Part shown: positions 55,099 to 61,255 of the stretch, piece after piece | Position numbering within the stretch: position 1 is the first letter of the stretch | Layout of the letters: each line of letters opens with the position of its first letter | Assembly: GCA_964427825.1 (NCBI GenBank) | Contig: CAYRUU010000001.1 | Span: 1 to 61,255, forward strand | DNA length: 61,255 nt | Origin: an uncultured Micavibrio sp. | Lineage (GTDB): Bacteria > Patescibacteriota > Minisyncoccia > Moranbacterales > GCA-2747515 | Direction: 5' to 3' | Notes under the pieces: generated by a model | What the model was told of the DNA's origin: nothing | Seen by the model: the letters and a program-made list of their open reading frames with translations, nothing else | The model's database searches: none | Program-made: the position numbers and the translations under genes

Positions 55099-56284
55099 AC
55101 TTTTTTGCGTCGTTAATGATGGCGTTGATCGCCATAAGATCCGGACAGCCGTACTTCATATGCGCCGAGTAAAACCTGCGGCGCGGCCCGTGGCATCCGC
55201 CGTTGTCTTGTGGGAGTGGTGTGAGAGTGGGGAGGAGAAAGCCGACGTTTTGTGCAGTGAATTTTTGATGAAGTGTGCGCAGTGTGTGGTGTCGCCGGTC
55301 CGTATCCATCAGGGCAAACGTGCTCATATCATCACCGCGCACGCCGCTCCAATCCAAATGGATAAACACATGATGTGCCTTGGAGACATATCGCTCATGC
55401 CACAGGAGTGCCCAGCACCATCCCTCTTTTTTCGTATTGTCATACCAGCGGGAAAAACACGGATGATCTTCCACTGTACCGTCGGGGTGCAGTCCGACGC
55501 CGCCTTCAATGTAGTCAAAGAAGCGTAGGTAGGTCTCATCAGTGATGTCGTTGGTCTGTGCGCCAATCACAATGGAAATGTTTTTGCTTTTGGCGTAGGC
55601 GCGCATGTCATCCAAGACAACTTGCACAAACGATTTTTTCACATCCTCTTCTTGATGGTAGACTTGTCCGAACAGAAACACGCGAATGCCCAAATCCATC
55701 GCCTCGTGCGTGATTTGTGCAAGATAGGCGCGGTATTCCGGTTCTTCCAAAGACGGTTTGCACGTGTGCTCGCCCCAGAAGTTTTTGGAACCGCTTTTGC
55801 ACATGGCAGCAAAATCAAAGCGACGATTTTGTGCGTAGTAAAAATAGTTTTCCTTCTTGTGAATCGCTTCGGCGATGAACATGCCGTAGAGCACGTCGTC
55901 GCGCCCGATCTCATCCATGATCTTTCGCACTTGGGCAAAGTTCGGAGAATCACGCCACGTCTCAACGGCGCGAGAGAAGAAATAGCACGCACTGTCGCGC
56001 GCCACCTGTACATCCTTACTTGTACGGTTGTAGCCGCTCAAGAGCCCGTCGGCAACGCAGCCCTCGCGCTTCATGCGGTCAATGTTTGGCACGGGCCACA
56101 CCTTTTGCATTGGCACTTCCGGATCGGTTGTGGCAACAGGAGTGACGCGCGGCGGGAGGGCAAATGTTGGCACGGGTTCATTACGTTGCGTCTCACGCGG
56201 ATAAACAATGCACACCGTGGCACACACGACAACAAGAGCAGCGCGGAAAAACGGACGTCGTGTTGTGGAAAAAAGTCGCAACAT
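55097..56284 (-). CDS. secreted hypothetical protein
   Basis: Trimmed to the ATG at 56284 (MLRLFSTTRRPFFRAALVVVCATVCIV, signal-like). Long coding-like ORF with no motif I can name. Confidence 0.6.
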   Translation of the reverse strand: MLRLFSTTRRPFFRAALVVVCATVCIVYPRETQRNEPVPTFALPPRVTPVATTDPEVPMQKVWPVPNIDRMKREGCVADGLLSGYNRTSKDVQVARDSACYFFSRAVETWRDSPNFAQVRKIMDEIGRDDVLYGMFIAEAIHKKENYFYYAQNRRFDFAAMCKSGSKNFWGEHTCKPSLEEPEYRAYLAQITHEAMDLGIRVFLFGQVYHQEEDVKKSFVQVVLDDMRAYAKSKNISIVIGAQTNDITDETYLRFFDYIEGGVGLHPDGTVEDHPCFSRWYDNTKKEGWCWALLWHERYVSKAHHVFIHLDWSGVRGDDMSTFALMDTDRRHHTLRTLHQKFTAQNVGFLLPTLTPLPQDNGGCHGPRRRFYSAHMKYGCPDLMAINAIINDAKK

Positions 56285-56569
56285 AGAGATGATATGGTGA
56301 CGGTGAAGCGTCAGGGTTATACTATAGTATACCATAAATGTCGACTTCTGTGAACAATGCACACTCTGTGCGGTCGGCATGGTGTGTGGATGCCGGTGGC
56401 GGACTGCGTGTTGTTTGACGAGCACGATTTTTTCTGCTATAATGGATGTATGAATGATGAAATCGGGTGAATCATCAGTCACAGACTGTCACCCGATTTT
56501 TCTTTGGTCGGGAAAAAAGCGGTGGCATGCAATATATTGCACCATAATCCACACAATAAAAACAAAAAT

Positions 56570-56788
56570 ATGTCAGATGAAATGAAATGCCCGACATGCG
56601 GCTGCAAGTGCAATGCTGCAGCACTCACCGACGAGCAAGACGCGTCGGCTGTGGAAACCCCCGAGGCACCACAAATGAAAAGCTTCCGCTTGCACCGCCA
56701 GTCTATCCAAGAAACCGAGTTTGCCGTCCTGATTGCGCTTGTTCCCGCAATGACACTTACACTCTTCAACTTGATGGGACTGCTATAA
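56570..56788 (+). CDS. small tail-anchored protein with an N-terminal CxxCxC motif
   Basis: 72 aa from MSDEMKCPTCGCKC to the C-terminal helix FAVLIALVPAMTLTLFNLMGLL. Confidence 0.45.
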   Translation: MSDEMKCPTCGCKCNAAALTDEQDASAVETPEAPQMKSFRLHRQSIQETEFAVLIALVPAMTLTLFNLMGLL

Positions 56789-56816
56789 TCACCTCCGCGG
56801 TGATCTTCCAAACAAA

Positions 56817-56853
56817 ACACCCTCCTTCGCGACCAGCAGGCGGGTGTTTTTTT
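56817..56853 (+). terminator. Rho-independent terminator
   Basis: ACACCC...GGGTGT followed by TTTTTT. Confidence 0.6.
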
Positions 56854-57315
56854 GTAAGAATTACGATTTACGATGTAAAAAACACGGTGTTAAAAATAGT
56901 GTCGTCATACTACCACCAAAAAAACCGCATGTCGCGGGTTTCTGTTGGCGAAAAAGGAAGAGCGATAGGTTGTTGCCTGTCGCTCAACGGAGAAGGGAAG
57001 TCTTTTGGCAGAGGTGTAGATTTAATCATCTACTGTTACGTGCCCAAGAGCTCGCGTCCTTTCCCCCCGTGATAACGCACCCCGTAAGATGCGCCCTTTT
57101 TTTGCGCTATTTGCGCAATATGAAAAAATTTGGTCCTCCTTATCAAAAAAAATTTTAATAAGAAAATCCTCTATTGAGAATTTCACCCAAATCCTTTACA
57201 TCTTCTATTATAGCACATTTTTACGTTGTGTGCAAGGACGCATATGATTGTTGCGCAGAGATTGTAAAGCATTTTTGACAATCGGTTCTGCGCAATGACG
57301 TGCACATGTATACAA

Positions 57316-57349
57316 AAAGAAAAAGCGAGTGGAGGATACTCGCTTTTTC
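57316..57349 (-). terminator. Rho-independent terminator after gyrA (bidirectional shape)
   Basis: AAAAAGCGAGT-ggaggat-ACTCGCTTTTT. Confidence 0.8.
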
Positions 57350-57364
57350 GCCAAATGGCGCATG

Positions 57365-59818
57365 CTATAAAATCGTGGCGGCGGCAATAGTATCGCCGGC
57401 GCGCGGTTTCATGATGCGCACACCTTGGGTTGCACGGGAGAGTGTGGAGATGTCTTTGAGGGGTGTGCGGATGATTTGTCCGGCGGCGCTGGTAATGATG
57501 ATATCACTGTTGTCGTCCGTGCTGACAACGTAGGCGCTGACAATCGGACCAGTTTTTGTCGTTATTTTTGCCGTTTTGATGCCGCTACCGCCACGTCCTT
57601 GGACTTTGTACTGTGACATAGCTGTTTTTTTACCGTAGCCATTGGATGTGATGATGAAGAGCGCGGTGCCCTTTTGTTTGGCAAACATAACATCCATGCC
57701 CACTACATGATCATCGCCTTGCAGGCGGATGCCACGTACACCACCAGCATTGCGTCCCATGGCGCGCACATTGGCTTCTTTGAAGTGGATGGCTTGTCCG
57801 CGTGCCGTGGAGAGGATGATAGTGTCTTTGCCAGTTGTGGGCTTAACCCAGCGTAGCTGATCGTCTTTACTCAGTGTGATGGCGATGAGTCCATTACGGC
57901 GCACGTTGTCAAAGTCTTTGATTTTGACTTTTTTCACAACACCACGGAGAGTGGTCATGAAGAGAAAGGCAAACTGATCGTCTTTGTTGAAGGGGATGAT
58001 GGCGGTGATGCGCTCCTCTTGCGACAGTTGGAGGAAGTTGACAACGGCATTGCCTTTTGCCGTGCGTGCGGACTCGGGGATTTCGTAGGCTTTGGTTTGG
58101 TAGACTTTGCCGGTATTGGTGAAGAAGAAGAGATCGTCATGTGTCATGATGGACAGCATATGCGCCACACTGGTGTCTTCCTTTGTTGTGGCGCCGATCA
58201 CACCCTTTCCACCGCGTTTTTGTACGCGGTAGACATCGGGGTTCATACGCTTGATGTAGCCGTCCGTGGTGAGGGTGATGATAGCCTCTTCGTTGGGAAC
58301 AAGATCCTCCTGCTTGAACTCACCGACAGCGGATTTGAAGACCTTGGTGCGTCGTGCGTCGCCGTATTTGTCGGTCAGTTCTTGCAGCTCGTCTTTCACG
58401 ATTTGTTTTTGCAACTTTTCGCTTTTCAAGATGGCTTCCAATTGTTTGATGAGGCGCAACTTCTCTTTGAGTTCGTCCTCCAGTTTCTTGCGCTCCAGTC
58501 CCGCCAAGGTTTGCAAGCGCATCTCCAAGATGGCGGTTGCTTGGATGTCGGAAAACTTAAAACGCTTGCGTAAATTGTCGTGGGCGGTTTCTTTGGTGCG
58601 CGACTTCTTGATCGTGTCAATCACTTCGTCAATGTGATCCAATGCTGTACACAATCCTTCCAAAATGTGCGCTCGTTCGCGCGCGCGATCCAAGTCAAAT
58701 TGTGTGCGTCGTACTACGACGTCGCGACGGTGGAGGATGTAGTATTCTAAAATTTCTTTGAGGTTCAAGATGCGCGGTTCAATGCCGTCAACAAGTGCAA
58801 GCATGTTGACGTTGAAGTTTTTTTGCAAATCCGTGTAGGAGTAGAGTTTGTTGAGGATTTTTTGCGGGTAGGCCTCCTTTTTGAGGTCAATAACAATGCG
58901 TACGCCGTCTTTGTTGGATTCGTCGCGCAGGCTTCTGATGCCGAGGAGTTTTTTGTCTTTGACCAATGTGGCAATTTTTTCAATGAGGGTTGCTTTGTTG
59001 GTTAAGTAGGTCATTTCCGTGACAATGATGGAGAATTGTCCACTCTTGCTTTCCACAATGTCTGCTTTTGCGCGCATGGTGATCTTGCCGTGTCCGGTGG
59101 CATAGGTTTCGCGGATGTCGTTGTGGTTATAGATCATGCCACCAGTGGGAAAGTCCGGACCGGGAATAAATTGCATCAGGTCGTCAATGTCCGCTTTGGG
59201 ATTATCCACAAGGTGTGTGATGGCTCCAGTAAGTTCACGAAGGTTGTGTGTAGGGATGTTGGTTGCCATACCCACGGCGATGCCCATGGTGCCGTTCAAG
59301 AGGAGCTGTGGCAGTTTTGCGGGCAATACGGTGGGTTCTTGGTGGACGCTGTCAAAGTTTGGTTGGAAGTCCACAGTGTTTTTTTCAATATCCAAAAGGA
59401 TTTCGTCGGCAATCGGCATGAGTTTTGCTTCAGTATAGCGATAGGCGGCGGCACTGTCACCATCCATAGAGCCGAAGTTGCCTTGCCCCCAGATCAGTGG
59501 ATAGCGCATGGAAAAGTCTTGCGCCATACGCACCATAGTGTTGTAGACGGCACTGTCGCCGTGCGGATGGTACTTGCCGAGTACTTCACCAACAACAGTG
59601 GCACTTTTGCGAAACTTTGCCGTGGAGCGCAGGCCCGTTTTCCACATGGAATACAGGATGCGACGATGAACGGGCTTGAGACCGTCGCGCACATCGGGTA
59701 ATGCGCGCGCAATAATCACACTCATGGCATATTCCATGTAGGATTTTTGCATTTCTTCCACGATGGGCTGCGGCGTGATGCCCACGTGATTGTCAAAGAG
59801 TGTTGTTTTTTTGGCCAT
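57365..59818 (-). CDS. gyrA: DNA gyrase subunit A
   Basis: Contains [24 protein letters not shown], an active-site Tyr region and a C-terminal beta-pinwheel. Start set at MAKKTTLF (ATG 59818); the ORF track extends to 59848. Confidence 0.95.
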   Translation of the reverse strand: MAKKTTLFDNHVGITPQPIVEEMQKSYMEYAMSVIIARALPDVRDGLKPVHRRILYSMWKTGLRSTAKFRKSATVVGEVLGKYHPHGDSAVYNTMVRMAQDFSMRYPLIWGQGNFGSMDGDSAAAYRYTEAKLMPIADEILLDIEKNTVDFQPNFDSVHQEPTVLPAKLPQLLLNGTMGIAVGMATNIPTHNLRELTGAITHLVDNPKADIDDLMQFIPGPDFPTGGMIYNHNDIRETYATGHGKITMRAKADIVESKSGQFSIIVTEMTYLTNKATLIEKIATLVKDKKLLGIRSLRDESNKDGVRIVIDLKKEAYPQKILNKLYSYTDLQKNFNVNMLALVDGIEPRILNLKEILEYYILHRRDVVVRRTQFDLDRARERAHILEGLCTALDHIDEVIDTIKKSRTKETAHDNLRKRFKFSDIQATAILEMRLQTLAGLERKKLEDELKEKLRLIKQLEAILKSEKLQKQIVKDELQELTDKYGDARRTKVFKSAVGEFKQEDLVPNEEAIITLTTDGYIKRMNPDVYRVQKRGGKGVIGATTKEDTSVAHMLSIMTHDDLFFFTNTGKVYQTKAYEIPESARTAKGNAVVNFLQLSQEERITAIIPFNKDDQFAFLFMTTLRGVVKKVKIKDFDNVRRNGLIAITLSKDDQLRWVKPTTGKDTIILSTARGQAIHFKEANVRAMGRNAGGVRGIRLQGDDHVVGMDVMFAKQKGTALFIITSNGYGKKTAMSQYKVQGRGGSGIKTAKITTKTGPIVSAYVVSTDDNSDIIITSAAGQIIRTPLKDISTLSRATQGVRIMKPRAGDTIAAATIL

Positions 59819-59980
59819 AGGGGTAATGATTAACTGTTGAAGAGTCATTTAGTGAGAACAAAAGAGAAAAACACCAGAAATCCCGTGTTGTTTTTCGTTG
59901 CATATGTGTATTTGTTGTGTTGTCCTCATGCGGTGCGCGGTTTTTTACAGAACGTGCGCGTCGCATGAAGCCACCACGGT

Positions 59981-60289
59981 TTACTGTGTGCCTTGCTGTG
60001 TTTGCGGTTGCGAAAGGAGATCTTGAATAGATACGCCGTTGTCACGTTGCTGTTGTTGCATGCGCTGTGTAGTGTCTCCTATGTCGTTGATTTGCTGTTG
60101 GATGTTGTCAACTGTAGCTTGCGAGCGGTCGTCGTTACGGACATGAACGAAGTTGATGCGAATAGACATGATCCAAATGGCAAAAATGAAAATCATGGAG
60201 ATGATGAGTGCTCCCCACATGTAGCGGAGACGTATATGCTCCGGCTGCTGACGAATTTCGTTAATTTTGCGTTCCAGTGATTCAAACAT
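59981..60289 (-). CDS. small single-TM hypothetical protein
   Basis: 102 aa with the TM helix WGALIISMIFIFAIWIMSI and a Gln-rich tail. Confidence 0.5.
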   Translation of the reverse strand: MFESLERKINEIRQQPEHIRLRYMWGALIISMIFIFAIWIMSIRINFVHVRNDDRSQATVDNIQQQINDIGDTTQRMQQQQRDNGVSIQDLLSQPQTQQGTQ

Positions 60290-60295
60290 AGGATA

Positions 60296-60958
60296 CTAGA
60301 CAACGGCGAGTGTAACGATACGCATGCTAACGTTTTCAATGTCTGCTTTTTTTACGATGTACTTTTCTTCGGCGGTTTTTGGGCAGTTGCCGATTTCGTC
60401 GCAAAAATCGTCGGAGGAACGCAGTTGCGCGGATGTGACACCTTTGGTTTTGTACTGAATGGGGATGATAATACGTGGCTCAATCTTGCGCGCAATGATT
60501 TCTGCAGTTTTTCCGTCCAAGCCTTCGGTGTCGCCCACGGGAAGAAACAAGATGTCAATATCGCCGAGGATATCCATGACGTGTACAGGGAGTTCCATAC
60601 CCACACCGCCAAGATAGGCGACTTTCATGTCTTCCACATCCACGACAAACACAACGGTGTTGCCACGCGTAGCGCCACCGCGCAAGTCGGCGGGCGCATC
60701 CCTGCCGATGATGTTAATGCCTTTGGCGGAAAACTCCCCCGGGCGATCAATGACGACAGCATCACCGCGCAGTCCGGCAGCGTTGTTGAACATGGGACCA
60801 TCCAGTGGCACAAGGACAATGTCCGCGCTGCTCTGTAATGGGCGCAAACCGAAATCCTTATCATAGGGCGCAAAGATGATCGTTACGTCGTCGCTGCCGC
60901 GTCCGGCGGTTTTGGCGACCAGTTTGATGCAGGAGAGTCCGTGATAGGTGATGTGCAT
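60296..60958 (-). CDS. metallo-beta-lactamase-fold-like hydrolase (UlaG/UPF0173-like), tentative
   Basis: The N-terminus MHITYHGLSCIKL resembles ITWLGHSCF-type MBL-fold proteins. No clear HxHxDH motif was seen. Confidence 0.45.
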   Translation of the reverse strand: MHITYHGLSCIKLVAKTAGRGSDDVTIIFAPYDKDFGLRPLQSSADIVLVPLDGPMFNNAAGLRGDAVVIDRPGEFSAKGINIIGRDAPADLRGGATRGNTVVFVVDVEDMKVAYLGGVGMELPVHVMDILGDIDILFLPVGDTEGLDGKTAEIIARKIEPRIIIPIQYKTKGVTSAQLRSSDDFCDEIGNCPKTAEEKYIVKKADIENVSMRIVTLAVV

Positions 60959-61169
60959 AGTGAGGAGGAAAATAGTCATTATCTACGGTTGTGCGAACAT
61001 GCCGACAATGCGTATACTCATCAATCGTAGCATGTTTGCTGCTATTCGTCCATATCTTGTACTAGGGTCTTTTTGCGGATGTTTTGCACATGGGCATATA
61101 TGTCAAAATCATGTACAATGGAAAAACAGCATGCGCCACGCAAGGCGCGGTATTTGTAATGTAAAAACT

Positions 61170-61255
61170 ATGCACATACTACGCGACGTTTTGATGCAGG
61201 CACGACAACAGGGGATTGCCGTCGGACACTTTAATATTTCCAATTTGGAAACGCT
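61170..61255 (+). CDS. fba: class II fructose-bisphosphate aldolase family protein, N-terminal fragment (runs off the window)
   Basis: MHILRDVLMQARQQGIAVGHFNISNLET matches the class II aldolase N-terminus (..A...gyAvgaFN..N.E). Confidence 0.65.
   Translation, partial: MHILRDVLMQARQQGIAVGHFNISNLET

Overview
61.3-kb chromosomal segment that uses the standard genetic code (TGA is used as a stop). The gene content suggests a reduced-genome, fermentative, CPR/Patescibacteria-like bacterium: ldh, class II aldolase, anaerobic class III RNR, many peptidoglycan-remodelling enzymes, a minimal VirB4/VirB6/PrgI module and no biosynthetic operons. That taxonomic placement is inference. Content by region: (i) 1-10.6 kb is a minus-strand operon-like block with a large Cys-rich surface protein, membrane proteins, a split VirB4 ATPase, a PrgI/VirB3-like protein, a TrbL/VirB6-like protein and a lipoprotein. 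(ii) 10.6-11.5 kb is an AT-rich gene-free region with perfect DnaA boxes. (iii) The rest is mainly housekeeping genes: rluD, a SET-domain protein, 9 tRNAs, rplS, rpsO, pnp, udg, nrnA-like, rbfA, nrdD/nrdG, ldh, ftsH, tilS, gmk, rpsA, yraN, lspA, comM/yifB, rsmA, pcrA, xerC/D-like, gyrA and fba (partial). (iv) Cell-wall enzymes are scattered through the window: a 3D-domain protein, an L,D-transpeptidase, a G5+RlpA protein, an M23 peptidase and a LysM-CHAP protein. The most striking feature is a 1.9-kb ORF-free gap (24.07-25.94 kb) holding 15 copies of the 16-bp palindrome TGTTCCACGTGGAACA. This motif is one base off canonical parS. The copies sit in a decayed ~64-bp tandem unit, with three copies of a second ~100-nt element interspersed, which resembles a plasmid-style centromere array on a chromosome. 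Other notable points: a second DnaA-box cluster inside a 930-bp structured gene-free region; an NrdD whose glycyl-radical domain is a separate 62-aa ORF; a split VirB4; a possible -1 frameshift or start problem in the LysM-CHAP gene; and a guanylate kinase whose Walker-A lysine is replaced by Glu. No CRISPR array, rRNA, transposase or prophage was seen.
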